This document shows positions 49,894-63,240 of a stretch of DNA of 64,000 nt, one piece after another. The stretch comes from Takakia lepidozioides (lineage: Eukaryota; Plantae; Bryophyta). The position numbers were made by a program, and so were the translations under genes. The stretch lies in assembly GCA_030704615.1 (NCBI GenBank), contig CM060733.1:54374001-54438000 (forward strand). The letters are read 5' to 3'. Each line of letters starts with the position of its first letter. Within the stretch, counting starts at the first letter, position 1. The notes beneath the pieces were generated by a model. That model ran no database searches and had not been told where the DNA came from. It saw nothing but the letters and a program-made list of their open reading frames with translations.

Positions 49894-52800
49894 CTAGTCA
49901 ACATAGTCCTCGTTCCATCCCAAGTCTTTGGGTTGCAATGCATCTTGTAACTGGGGCTCATGGGAATCCATAGGCACAGCTGCTGCTGGTTTCTGATGAA
50001 ATTGACGGCGTCGAATGTAACTTCCTAAGCAGCCATTGATGATGCGTGGTGCCGCAAGGTCACAGAACCGCTTAGCCAACTCCACCGCCTAGACAAGACA
50101 AGCACACACTAAAAAGATTAGGTTTAAATTTATCCTTATAAGTATCGAGTATGAGTATAAGTCTGAAGAATGCACACATGGATAAGGTTGTCGTGCATGC
50201 AGGGGAGGTGCGTGGGTGAAGAAGAAAAGGTAAAAAGAGCAGTCATCAGACTGTTTGCTGACACCTAAGGCCCTTGGAGCAGAGAATGTACTCATAATAC
50301 TTTGTTTGCTGTAGCCGTGTGGCAATAGACCCCGCGCGCCCAGTGGGATGGAGGAGAGAGAGAGAGAGAGAGAAGTCATCAACCAGTCTTTACAAACATT
50401 GGTTATGGCATAGACTTCAGGGCATTGTGATATCAACTGAGAAAATGACGAAAGACTGAAAACAGTAAAGCTTGCTATCATTGTCCTGGTACTCCAACAA
50501 GTGGCCCTTCACTACATGACCATAATCCAATCAAGCTGATCCAAGAAGATAAAACCAAAACTTCAAGATATGGTGGATAGCTGGTTTGCAAGGAAAATGC
50601 TGTTACTGTTCAGGTGAAGAGCTGGGTTGGCTGGTTTTAGGCCTTTTAACTGTTTTCAGGTTCGGGGTGGTCAGTAAAGCATGTGTTTGTTCTCTTTTCA
50701 CCAAAAAAAAAGCCTTACCTCATTCACAATAACATTGGGTGAGGTGTCAGTGGAATCCATTTCTGCCAGTGCCATTTGCAAAATACATATCTGGAGAAGC
50801 GCTCCCTTTGGCGCCAACTGCAGCAGCAGGCAAAAACCCTATTGTGAAACTAGTATATTGTTGTAGAACTGCATTTTGCGGGAGATAGATTGAAAAGGAA
50901 CATAGTAAACGCAGAAAACCGGTAGGTGTACTCTTGGCAGTTTTCATAGGGATTTCTCAGTAAAACTTCCACAAATATCCATGGTGCCGATTGTTAACCA
51001 ACGATAACCTTGGTCAGAGATGCCCGTACAGGTTTCTACTTGTAAATAACCATTCATACCGATTGCGGTGATTTGCTTGACCTGTGATGAACCCAGTCCA
51101 CAGAAGAAACTCACCTTCCATTTACTGGGAAGAATCTCCATCAAAATGGCTTCTTGCTGCAGCCATCTCTCAGATGTTTCCTTAACGAGGCTCCGAGCCA
51201 GGCTGCGATGCAGCGATCTTCATGGGTCAGAGATATCTCAGCAAGTAAACCTGGGAGGGAGAAAGGGAAAAGACAAATTCTTATGAAGATTTAGATTTAG
51301 ATGGAAGCCAGTGGTCAAAACCCACTCGAATATAGAACTTGGCAGAAAATTGTTGTGAGTGCTTCAACAGAGAATAGGACTAACTCATGGAGAGGGGTGA
51401 TGTGGACATTTGCGGCCACCCTGTGAGGGAGCAAAAAGAGGGGGATGGGGTACAGGTGCTGCAAGGAGAGAACAATGGCGGTCCACTACAGTTGCAGAAG
51501 ACGCACTCTGGTCCTGGACCTTATCTGTAAAAGTTGGCTCCGGCCTTTGAGAATTGCATTCAAACACCCATTAAAAGTATACATAAAAGATTTGTTGTCC
51601 TCATATGCAATGGATTGGAAATGTCGACTCTCAATTCCAAGATGGCTCAACGTACTGTACCAAAGGCAGGCAGGCAGCCTAAGTGGCATGAGAGAATGAG
51701 AGGGAGAGTGGCTCACCGCGTAGCAAAATTGTTGTAAACCAGAGGGGGTGGAGCAGTGAGGACTTTTGCTTCTGCACATGACATGCAAAAGCAAAGTCAC
51801 AACAGTGCAACTGAATAGCCTCTTGGGAAAAGAATTAAATGATAGCAAACGAAAACGTGCATGAAAGGAAAGTGCTGTACATGGCTACCATTAAGATAGT
51901 GATTGTCTTCCACTGGTGTGAAAGCTACCGTTTAAAGCATAATCCAGCTAAAGAGTTCAGTTTCATCTGAACAAGCACACATGAATCTCTGTTGTCTTCT
52001 TCAAATTTGCATCCCATATGGGATGGTATGAAATAGTGTGACGTGGCAAAGGCAGAGTAGTACAACTACCTAATGACAGTTCGGCCTCCTGCGCTTGCTC
52101 CAGGGCAATGAGTGAGGCTTCATCCTCCACCACTATGTTCTCCCCAGCGTCTGGGCTATGATCATAACCCTCCAGGCATGTCTTATCAAAACCTTCTGCA
52201 AAATTTACAAACCGAATGGCAGTATTTACAGAAACAAGACTCCATACAACCTTTTTTCAAATTGAAAGTTTTAAAACCAACCCTTCTAAACCCCAACATC
52301 ACTGCACTCGCAACTGACTTGGGAGGATTGGGGATTGTTTTGCCAAACAATCTAGTACCTCCAATACTGACTCCAGCAGGATACAATTACCCTATGGACA
52401 GAACCTGTCCAGTGCCAACCCTCACCCTTCATCTTGCAGTAATACGGGTAGCTGACCTGTAGTGCATCAGTCATGGCTACACTAGTTACAAGAGGCAAGA
52501 GACGTTATCAACAACCAGTCCGAAGGAGCATTGGCTATTATACCCTGTATCCGGAGCCAGTTATGACATAGCCATAGCAATCAGGCAGAGCCAGAGGCAT
52601 CCAGTTTGTAGGGATTGACCATTGATGAAGGACTGATTTCAAATTAGAAAGCATGATGTAAGAGAGATGGAAGGAAACACAGAGAGAGAGAGAGAGAGTT
52701 ACCTGCTCGTTGCTTCATGCGATCGTCAAAGACTTTGAGAGGGTGGACACTGGAGACAAAAGCTGCATACAGCACAGATCTGCCCTGACCAATCAGAGCT

Positions 52801-54609
52801 TATTTGCATTTTGAGAACTAAATCTTCACCTATCTGGGCATACAGAGACCACACATGAAATGCCTCTTTCCCTATTCTGGTGCAAAGAAGAGAATCACAG
52901 TATTTAAGACAAGGCACATTAGCACGCATCACACTGCAGTGGTCAAACTACCTACAAGAAAGAAAGGGAAACAATTGGATCAAGAGACAAATAAATATGG
53001 AATGACCTACAGTGCTAACTTTTGTACAAGGCCACCCCCTTATCTTGGTTAACATGGACCCCCAGTCTTTCGTGAGCATCATGAGTATAGCACCACTCGG
53101 CACAGCATTGCCTATTCAGCACCTACAAGACTTACTTGAGTATATCTGCAGTCACTGGCTGCAAGCAATTACCAAGCCAGTTTCAAGCTGATTTTCAAAC
53201 CCTTCTGACATAAAACCCCACGTCAGGCTCTGACAGCGTGGCATTGCACAGGAAATCCTCATATAGGGTAGTCCATAGGAACCCACCACAAGGGTTGGTC
53301 ATCTCTTTTTAGTCGGCAATGCACAAGCCCAATTTCAGGAGTCTCATATAACCTACCAGGCTACAATCCGAGAACGTCCTCTGGGAGGCATAGAACCCTT
53401 CTGCAAGGTGATACTCACAGGAATGGTCCAAAAAGGTATGCACTCCCTAAAGCACATTTCTATTTTCTTCTCCTTCTCCCTTCCTTCGCTTTTTCTTAGA
53501 GAGTGTGATTGGCAGTGCCACCTCTGGCACATTCATTGTCAACTAGAGCTGCAGTGCTGCAATGAACCTCATCCCTTCTAAGTAATGGCTCCAAGTAGAA
53601 ATCCCCTTAACTGGATGCTACAGCAGTGCACAATTGCTATCAAAATTTCAGCTCACCCTAATATCTTTCCAGAAATGTATTATGTGCAAAGTGTCCTGAG
53701 CAGAACATTATGAGAAACCTCAAATTCATAAAACCAAACTAGCATGTGGAAGAAAACTGGCCAAGGCAATCCATTCCTTCGCAATCAAAGGAACTCAGCA
53801 CCATAACCGACCTTCCAGTGGCGTATGAATTTAGCTACAGGACAGCATTGAACCAAAAGGGTATAACGATATCTACAAAAAGAATGGTGGGGATACGGGG
53901 AGAGAGCCTCACAATGAAAGCTCCCGGGCAGCTCGAGGTGTTCGGAGACGACCACATTTATCCAACTTCTCCAGAGACGTGAAAACTTTTTGTTGGGGAG
54001 GTTTCCTCTTATTCCTCAAAATAGCCTTTTCCTGTTTTGGAATTTGTTCTTCGGCAGTGTTTGTTACTAGGCTTGGGAGAGGGTCAAGATGAACCACACC
54101 TGGAAGCCACACGACACGTGCAAACTGTAATTTCAAGCAGATTAATAATTTCCTCCAAATGCTTAAACAAGTTCTTCTTGAGTTTAGACACTACATACAG
54201 TAGGAAAAGTCTCTTGAAAGCTTCCATTTTTTCGCACTCCACCTGTTCGAACGCTGCCAGCAGAAGATGGCAACCGAAATTGTTTGCATTTGACCAGTGC
54301 CAACCCAACACTAAAGTGACTTGATTACAGCCCAAGTGTTTCTGGAAAGACCATCCAGGTAAAAAACTTACTTTGAGACAGTACAGACAAAGTGCGCAAG
54401 CAGGGATATGTCGGCCCTGTTCTCCTCTTCCATTCCCGCTGCACAGGTATTACATTCGTAGAGAAGAATCGTGTGCTGAAACCGGTGCGTTGATTGGTGA
54501 TACAGCCCTTGTTTGGCAAGGGCAGGGATCCCATGCTTTCAGCCCACAACCGAGGCAATGCTAAATTGGTGTGGCTTGTGAATTGAGCTACAGTTATACA
54601 TGACTGCAT
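49894..54609 (-). CDS. Plastid-targeted NusB-domain protein (8 exons)
   Basis: Exons 54609-54372 (transit peptide), 54099-53913 (KLDKCGRLRTPRAARELSL), ~52779-52703 (SVLYAAFVSSVHPLKVFDDR), ~52195-52070, ~51772-51717 (EAKVLTAPPPLVY), ~51200-51113, ~50817-50717 (ICILQMALAEM..NVIVNE) and 50088-49894 (AVELAKRFCDLAAPRIINGCL). Matches the plant NusB-like family. Confidence 0.88.
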
Positions 54610-55158
54610 CTCACTATGTCCACACGGAGACAGTTCTACAAACTCATAGAGATGGGAAGCAAAACAACAGAAATTGGAGTTCCCTGAGGCTCACGGGCTA
54701 CCAAGAGGAAGGGAAACAGAAAGACTGGATGACGGTTTGTAGCTCTCACCGCTGGTAGATCTACTGATCATGTTCTATACTCGACTGCACGCAGCACGGC
54801 ATCAAACAAAAGAGTGAACGAGGATGGAGAAGTCTTCCGTTATCCACTGGAAGGCGAAGATGATGAGGAAAAGAAACATCTACTTCCTTGAAAGATGGCA
54901 GGCTGAAAAAGGAAACAGAAAATAACAACAAAAGGAAAACTTCATGCAAACTTAATAGAATACTGGAAATAGAAATACTTATTTTTCTTTTTTGCAATAC
55001 TTGATTGGAAAGAAACCAAGATAGAGGAAAGAAACCCTCAAAACCCTAAACCCAGACCTTAGGTCGAGTGTATCGTTCTCTCTCTCTGGGGGGAATTAGT
55101 GTTTGGAGGTCCATCTTCTTGTTTAGGCCCTGCTTAGGCCATGCTGACAGTAGCGGAG

Positions 55159-55350
55159 TTAGCGATTTTCAACTTCACTGCCAAGCACTCGTCGGGCACA
55201 TGGACCGCCAAGCAGCACATTGGTGACCTTGAAGAGAGCGCATCCAGCACCTGAGAGCTACACTACTACACTACAGCGCAAGCTCACCAACTTGCGGTGC
55301 AGTATGCTGGCTCATGCGCTGCTTCGTGTAGCTTCTCCATTATCAACGGA
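55159..55350 (+). pseudogene. RPP3: 60S acidic ribosomal protein P3 fragment
   Basis: AIFNFTAKHSSGTWTAKQHIGDLEESASST*EL..LQRKL resembles plant P3 (GVFTFVCK..GEWTAKQH.GDLEASA.STY.LQRKL). Contains a stop and a frameshifting short duplication. Confidence 0.7.
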
Positions 55351-56125
55351 GCTCTGCAGTTAATCAGGTTGGTACTATCTTCTTCTTTGGTAATGTTGGA
55401 TCCGCTCTGTCCTGTCTCCTTCACACAATGAAGCTACGCAAAAAACTTCCTTGAACCTATTTCCAGTATGTGACATGGGTGAGGCCATCATGGATGATCT
55501 CAAGGGTTTACCCACTCTTGGCAATAGACTGAAATTCAAACTTAGGGAGCCTACCTTTGAGCAGCAAACAGACGCAGAGAGGAAAGGGGGATTTTAAATG
55601 TCCGTCGTGTGATATATTCATTGTCCTGGGTATTCTCACCAGAGAGACACCCTCTTCAATTCCATCAAGGGAATTGTTCCTATACCTCTGGTGACCAACT
55701 TTGAAATTCTTGAGGCTGAGCCAAAAGCCGAGGCCCTTTTGGGTTGTTGGGCAAATCACACACAACAGATTGATGGTTGTGTGAAGGGATTTCTAGAGGA
55801 TATTTGGAAATCTCGATCACCTGTATGTTCCGAGGTAAGTCATACTACCGGCGTCAGCCCCTGACAAACTTGTTTCTATCCCTTTGTGTTCCGCTCAAAC
55901 TGGGCGATGAGTACATTCTCTCCTTCACACATAGCTTCTCCCACGTCATCAAGTAGAGCTTTTGAGATTCTAATGGGTAGCTGATCTCATTACTCCTGAT
56001 CCTTATATTACTCTAGAGGATTTGATGGTGGTGGCTGCATCCAAGTTTTCTGCAAGTGCAAATCTACTTACACTGTTTTCTTTGCTATTTTGCAATGTAG
56101 GAAAACTCGCACCCAGATTTTCGAA

Positions 56126-56477
56126 TGTCTACAACAACTTCATCAATGTTTGTGATCGGTTGTCAAAAGCTTCATGCAATTTAGGCAACGATGCCCAGTT
56201 TTACGGCTGGAGAGAATTACAAAGAAAAAAAATGTGGTGCCAGTTTTAAATGTCACAGTAAGTTGGTGAAATTAGAGCCATTAGATCTTCATTTTTGTTC
56301 AAAGCCCAATCAACCAAAAATCTAATTGCTCCGCTTTCACCAACTTATTGTGACCTTTAAAAATGAAACCACATTTTTTTCCTTTTTTATTCTTCCCAGC
56401 CATGAAATTGGGCATCATCACCAAAATTTCATGAACCTTTTGACAACCCATCACAAACATTGAAGTTGTTGAAGACA
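56126..56477. mobile_element. Fold-back (long inverted repeat) MITE-like element
   Basis: ~160-bp imperfect arms, e.g. caatgtttgtgat..gttgtcaaaag / cttttgacaac..atcacaaacattg and gtcacagtaagttggtgaaa / tttcaccaacttattgtgac. Confidence 0.65.
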
Positions 56478-56480
56478 GAA

Positions 56481-56815
56481 GATGCAACAGATACAACAGA
56501 CAACGCAGTAGATGCAGCAGCAGCATACGTAGACCTTTGTTGGTCAAATGAACCTCGGTTTCTTGCGGATGGACCTTGAGTAGTCAGGTTGCGGCGAGGG
56601 AGATCAACTCGTCGCCCTTGCCCACCTCCCCGCTGCTTCCGGTTGTCGACCGTAGTGGCAATGTTCCACAAAACTTCCTTGGCACAAAAAACGACCTCAT
56701 CCGATTGGAGGACGGTGCAATGAATGATCTTCTTCAAGCTTATGCCTTACCGATTGCAGGTAGCTTAGATAACAAGCGCACTCTACTTACCCGTCATCTA
56801 GGCTTCAATGCATGA
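56481..56815 (+). pseudogene. Mug135-like gene, copy 4 (divergent, stops and frameshift, 5' end lost)
   Basis: MQQIQQTTQ*MQQQHT*TFVGQMNLGF, a frameshift, then AAREINSSPLPTSPLLPVVDRSGNVPQNFLGTKNDLIRLEDGAMNDLLQAYALPIAGSLDNKRTLLTRHLGFNA*. Confidence 0.75.
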
Positions 56816-58043
56816 TGGTGTAGGGTCTAGTTGTCAAGTGTTCATGGTCAAATCTGTAGGCCTCCAAGGCAGATGAGAGTTGTGTGACACCCTCGAGAGG
56901 TCGATGCATAGATATCGGGGTGTACGCACGGATGGCGTGAGAAGGCATCCCTGCCACATTGTCATCCCTTTGAGCCTCGTTGTGTTTGAGAGTCTAGAAG
57001 ATACCATGGATTTTTTCTTGTTGTCTACGGGTGTGGTTTATCCTCTACTTTTTTGAATAGAGGCAGAGTCCATGTTTCTTCTGGCCTGGCATACTGACAA
57101 CTTCATATCATTATCTGATCTGTTTTGCAGTTTCATACAACTAACTCTCTTCCCCCTCCTATTTGAAGTGAAAGGGTATCACACCAAAGTTATCCTTCTG
57201 CCACATACTTTGCTGGTGTAGGTCAGTTTCTCAGAAAGACGAACATACCTAGTGGGTCTAATCTTTTTATTAGTATATGGTTACGTTTTTAACCCATTTC
57301 TACTCAGAAGCAGCCTTCCCTTTCTACAGGCCAGTGATACTTACTTCAGTGTACTGTTGGGTAGTCTATTCAAATCTATCAATTTGTTTATTTTCCATGA
57401 TTGGTAAGTATCAAACTTAGAAGGCTTCACATTCATGTATCTTAGATAGAAGCAAAATAATTTATGTCTACTGCACAATTACTGAAATGCATTGTGGTGT
57501 ATTTACATGAAACCGCTGCTTTCACAGTACTGATGAGCAATACTGATGGGTGTTGCCAAAGGGGGAAGGGTCAAATAGATTCATAAAAGCCAAAGAGCAA
57601 ACATCGGAGCAGATGGTTACTTCCAGCGTTATCAAAGATGTGGATACCACAACATCAATGATACACTGGTCTGCCATCAGACACCTTTTTGCATTTTTGC
57701 AAAACATAAAAAACTGATTGAAGTCGGACACATCAAGGCGTACTGGAGTGAAATTTAGCTGCCATCTCTTAAGCCCCTCGATCGTCAAGTCATTATAGAT
57801 ACTAAGCAGTATTAGTGACCGCATGCCACTGAAAACAAAATCACATCTCGATTCCCCAAGGTGCTACAACACAACATTATTAACACCACTCACTACCACT
57901 AGAATACTCATATTACCACTTAACACCACTCATGTCCACTTATATACCCCCAATCAGGGATGAGGGAAAGGAGTAATAAAAAATGCGCAAGAAAACTAAG
58001 ACAGAAAATAAAACTCCCCATAACTCAGATGAGACCTACTGGA

Positions 58044-61000
58044 TTACAACTCTTCATGATTCCAGGGGTCGTTCACATGCTCGTTGGCCTGGAACAACGC
58101 CTGTGGGGAGCTTTTAGAAGGAGAATGGTGTGGTTGAAGGGATTGGTGTTCTAAGAGCTCTGGGGCACTTTGAGAGGGAAGAAGCTTTGGCTTCGGCATA
58201 CTGGCAGGAGGAGCAGCCTGTGTTGCAGGTAGTCGTGATGATAGCTCCGGAGGTGGCTGGTGCATGGGCAATATGGGTGTATTTCGTCGGATCTTCAAAA
58301 CAGGTAATCGCTTCTGCACTATGTAGCCACAAACAAGAACGAAGACAATTGCAAAGAACACCACGATGATCCTGTTTGAAGTATGCCACCAATAGACAGA
58401 AAATTGTTGTCAGTCCAACAATGAAGTTTCAGTGTACGGAGCTGCCTACACTTCGTTCCCTTCTATAAGGTACATATCAACATCATATGCATCCCCTTCT
58501 TTTGCGGCCACGATTAGAGAGCAGGATCATTAACATAGAATTTGGCAAATTTGTAGACTGGATGAGAGGGGTAGCTTTGGTGGCGCGGACACACACTCTT
58601 TGTGAAATTGGGCCGAAGTTATTGTGCTCCCATGCAGAACCAAGCTAGAAAGTATCTCATGAGGCCACTGCTGTGTAGACGAAGACCAACTATCAACCTT
58701 GAACAACTTCATGGCATTCCTAGGACAACTTAATCCCTACGGGCTCATGTAATATGGTGGGTTGTTGCACCTGTCCATAATGTCCTGACGTTGCAGGGAG
58801 GTCAGCAAATGCCGGGTGGTTAACAGCAAGGACCGTTGCCCCTTGTACTCCTTGTCAGCCTTCCTCAGGGTAGTATTCGATTGATCTGCACAAGACATAT
58901 CAAGTAAAGCTTTGGTCCCTCTAGAGCGACTGGCAATAGGGTTATACACACCCAACCACTGTCGTGATTGCAATGTTGATTGTCGTACAAGAGGCATTTA
59001 ACCTTCACTTCTATACAACAACATCCATGTACCACTCAGCTTTGTGGATCTCTCTTGTCTATCTCTAATCCCCCCTCTCTCTCACAGCCACCCATGTGGT
59101 GCCACAAGGTATTGCCAGCCCAGTCTGGAATGGCAAAAAATGGAAGGTTGTAACAAGTTCTCCCTGCCAATATAACTTCTGGGCAGTATTCCTGGATTTA
59201 CGACACTCGAAAATGTGCAACTGACCTCTGAGGATTAAATGGGCCACTGAAATGTAGAGCAGTTTAAAAACCCCACATGCCCTCACGGGGTACTATGGGT
59301 ATTGCGACAATGGCAGACTAGTTGGGTTGTGGCAACTTTAGCTACTTCTGCCAATTACCACACTGCCAGAGGTGTTGACATACATGCCATGTTTGTGACT
59401 GGGAGGTATCAAGGTTTGAGTGCAGGGATGACTTGTCCTAATGTGCATTGGCAGCCACAGGCTTAGGCAGGTTCTTGCTGACAACCTAGACATCCTTCCT
59501 CCCCACAGCCTAGAAGTTTTTCTTGGATCCATTCAAAACCTGATCAGACAGAAGTAAGTTAGGCCAGACCTCCTGGACATATCTATGCTGCTCACCGAAG
59601 GCTTTTCGTCAGAGAAATCGCATTGCAAGTTCCGTATTATGCCAGGTTACCGGAATGTATTGAAAAAAGTCATCGGCAAAACATGAGTTTGTCTGCACCT
59701 ACCCAGGGTCGTGAGAGTGACTGTGTTCCGCTCGACCTCCTGCAGCCATCACAATAACAAGTGACTCCTACTACATCACACACTTATAAGGTGAACCATT
59801 CCATGCATATGCAATCATTTGAAGACACTGTGGTTTCAGAATGCACTGGTTTTAGCAAAAAAGATGGCTGGACACAAGTGTATAGAGACCACGTGGCCAC
59901 TGTTTTCTCTATTGGCATGTTTACCATAGACATGATTCTGGACGTAGTTCAATAGTTTCCAGTAATGGTAGCTCTGGAGATCATTCAAAGTTTTACATAC
60001 CAACTTCTTGGACACAGTTTACTACTTTCTGTGATCAACTGAGCCACTACAGAAACTGCGAAAAAAATCCCCCAATGGATGATGGTTGAACCTCAGCAGT
60101 GCCAACAACCAACCTGCCACCTAGGGGAAAAAGTAAAGAAAATACAGTTCCTTGTCGTGCTGAGCTACAATGCTGGAAACTAGTTTCTCAACCAGAGTGA
60201 CTTCATATCATTCTACAACAATTTCATACGATCATTTTCTTTACTTTCTCCCCTAGGTGGCAGGTTGGTTGTTGGCACTGCTGAGGTATAAAATTGTCGT
60301 AGAATGATATGAAGTTAATCTGGTTCAGAAACTAGTTTCCAGCATTGTAGCTCAGCATGACAAGGAACTGTAAAAGGATTTGGAACCCGTGCCCCCAGGG
60401 CCAAGAGAGGAGCCATGTCTAGTCAACAGGCATGCAGGCAAGACTACTGGCAAAAACCAACTTCTTGGACACAGTTTACTACTCTCTGTGATCAACTGAC
60501 CCACTACAGAAACTGTAATTAAAACCCCCAATGGATGATGGTTGAACCTCAGCAGTGCCAACAACCAACCTGCCACCTAGGGGAAAGAATAAGGAAAATG
60601 AACCGCATGGTTACTGTGCAATTTACAATGCACTTTTAACCGTACTGTAAACTTCTTTCCCTCAAGTTGCCACTGACGGCATTAACGTTTGCAGGAAGGT
60701 CAATTGTGAATGGACAGTCAGTCCCAGTAAAAGTGAAGCAGATCCACACTAAAATTGCCAGTAACCAGAAGCTTTTCACCCCATTGGCCTACACATGGCA
60801 ATACGTTTACAGTTATAGTTGCACTCCTTCTCTGCTGGCCAACTCTAGACAGTTTCCATTTTCTGATACATGTCCGGGCTATTCTCATCAGAGAGCAACC
60901 CTCTTGAGAACCATCAAGAACACAGGCTCTGTTCACCAACTTTCAAAATCTTGAGGCTAAAGCCCTGACCGTGTTGGGATCAAACATGTGGGGACTGGAG

Positions 61001-62861
61001 ATTGATGCTTGTAGAGCTCTCTAGAAGAGTCTGGAAAACCTGGAAAATTTGTTTGTCCCACTACTGGTGTGAGCCCCTCACAAACGTAATGCCTCTTCCC
61101 CTTTGTTCCGCCCATAATGGACGCATGGCCACAATAAAAACAATGTGCTCGCCAGAAACTGGGACTGACCTGGACCATCATTTGGCGAGTCCGACGCAGT
61201 CCATCAGTGATACTTTCTGCTGCAGCCATCATCCCTGCTTGTGTCCTTTAGGAGACAACAGAGGTGGGTCAATACAAAAGATTGGCTACTATTACTGGAA
61301 GTCACCTACAAATTACTTCAATTTGGAGATTAGAGGCAGTCCTAACACCTAGAACCAAAGCTGACATACATAGGACACACAAAAGAGCCTGGAATCAACA
61401 ACCACCCAAAATGGCCCTACATGACCAACACAATCCAACTTGTTGACAGACGCATGACCTTGCTACCCAAACCAGTGTGTCCACCTGCACAAAATTAACC
61501 TCTCTTTTGTTGCCACATCTCAGTAACTCGCAGGAGAGAGGGTGGGGCAGGGGATGTCTAAGGGAGCATACTGTAATTGTCGGCGCCGTAGAGTGGCCTC
61601 CTCCCCGCCTGCAAACAGTAGGTCCCTCTGCCAAAACTCATCCCCGGTCAGGATCATTTTCCCTAAGATACTTCCACCCCACCAAAATAACACCTTCCAG
61701 AGGGGAAACAAAATCCCATCCTCTATCAGCCTCATACATGCTCAGAGCAAGAGTTGGACTGACCTCCTCCTTGGCAGCTCTTTCAGTGTTGAGTTTAGCC
61801 TTTACATTCGCCCTCCTGAGGTTTAATCGTAGCCTGAAATACAACATTAAATTTAACAATGTAAGAAAACTTTGGACCGCCAAGGGTCCCGGGGAGAAGG
61901 ATAGATTATATCCAGGAGTAGCTATCCAGTCATACAAACATGAAGCAACAGCAAATTACAATCAGCATCCTACCCATCGACCCTTCCCCATGGGAGACAT
62001 GCAACAAAAACAATTCAGCTAATCTCCTGAATCACAACATAAGACAAAAGAGAGAAAGACAAAGGAGAAGCTTTATAATAGACCCACGCCTGGTATTGGT
62101 CTTTCCATTGCTGCAGCACACCAAGACAAGCTTCAGTCTCCTCCTCACTGCACAACCCCAGAAACTAACAAAACGTTAGAACGGAGAATGCTGTCCTTTA
62201 TTTTTCATCCTCTTCCTGTCCTCTTTCCTCCTGTCTCGAGGATGCACTGGGCGCGTCAAACACACCTACAGTCCCAACGCCCCTCCCTATCGAGAACTCT
62301 ATATTGAAGGTCAGCTCTTGTTCCGTCAACTTTGCATCTTCACGCTCACAACACAACTGCAAATCTTGATCATTGACTCAATCACAGAGTCGTCCAATAA
62401 AATGCTGTAGTCAATTTGCTGACCTTCCACATCCATCCCCCTCCTCTTAGGAGCACAGGTGAGACAAAACCTAATACACCTGATCCGACCTCAAATCAAA
62501 CAAACAACACACCATCATGGTAAATGTCAAACGAAGTTCTGTGATGGCTATTCGCTATACAAAATCCAGTGCCACAAGGAATTGGTCTTCGATCTCACGA
62601 AAACCTGAGAAGGAAAACATGGCACACACACCTGGGTTGTTGCTGGGCAATGAGTTCGAGACGCAGCATGACGGACCGCAACGTAGACAGGCGGTCCTGC
62701 ACCAATGCATTCATGCGCGGGAGCGCCGCCGCATCCCTTGCCCCACTTATCGAACCACACGATCCAACAGCTTCTACCTGCTTGCGCGCCTCCTCGTTGA
62801 CATCTGCCCACAACCTTTTCAATTGCTCCGCTGCTTCTGTCATATCATCTTCCATTGCCAT
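58044..62861 (-). CDS. SEC20: SEC20 (Qb-SNARE, Golgi-to-ER retrograde transport), 8 exons
   Basis: Exons encode LPRMNALVQDRL..LELIAQQQP, LQQWKDQYQA, LRLNLRRANVKAK..AAKEE, RDLLFAGGEEATLRRRQLQ, AESITDGLRRTRQMMVQ, EVERNTVTL, LRKADKEYKGQRSLL..LQRQDIMDR, a TM helix and a C-terminal HEEL*. Confidence 0.93.
59995..60600. repeat. Interleaved direct and inverted duplications in a SEC20 intron
   Basis: 59998-60140 repeats directly at 60457-60600. 60088-60142 is inverted at 60235-60288. 60143-60230 is inverted at 60287-60372. Confidence 0.8.
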
Positions 62862-63045
62862 TGCTGCAGGATGAGACGTACACACACGTTTGAATCTGAG
62901 CTCAAGAGTGTTCGATCTCACCCACATCCAGCAAAATGCCCCAATTCAACTCATCTCGATCACACACACTCGCACACACACAAATTGCATTTCAATCTGT
63001 GTTAAGGATCGTTCCCAACACAGACGAGTAAGACCTCTTCAATCC

Positions 63046-63087
63046 GAGAGAGAGAGAGAGAGAGAGAGAGAGGGGGAGAGAGAGAGA
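63046..63087 (+). repeat. (GA)n microsatellite upstream of SEC20
   Basis: gagagagagagagagagagagagagagggggagagagagaga. Confidence 0.85.
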
Positions 63088-63119
63088 TCTGTTCGCAGCC
63101 TCCAAAATCAGCCTTTCCC

Positions 63120-63240
63120 TTTTTTCTTTTTTCTTGGCATTACAGGGGCAGAGCCCGAAGGCAGAGCGACAGATGACAGAGGTTTGAACCCCAGACCCAC
63201 AGGCCAATGCACGGGTGTCTTACCACCGGGCCACAACCCT
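63120..63240 (-). mobile_element. tRNA-derived SINE-like element with an A-rich tail
   Basis: Minus strand: TGGCCCGGTGGTAA (A box), GGTTCAAACC (B box), a short body with hairpin gctctgccttcgggctctgc, then an aagaaaaaaagaaaaa tail. Confidence 0.55.
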
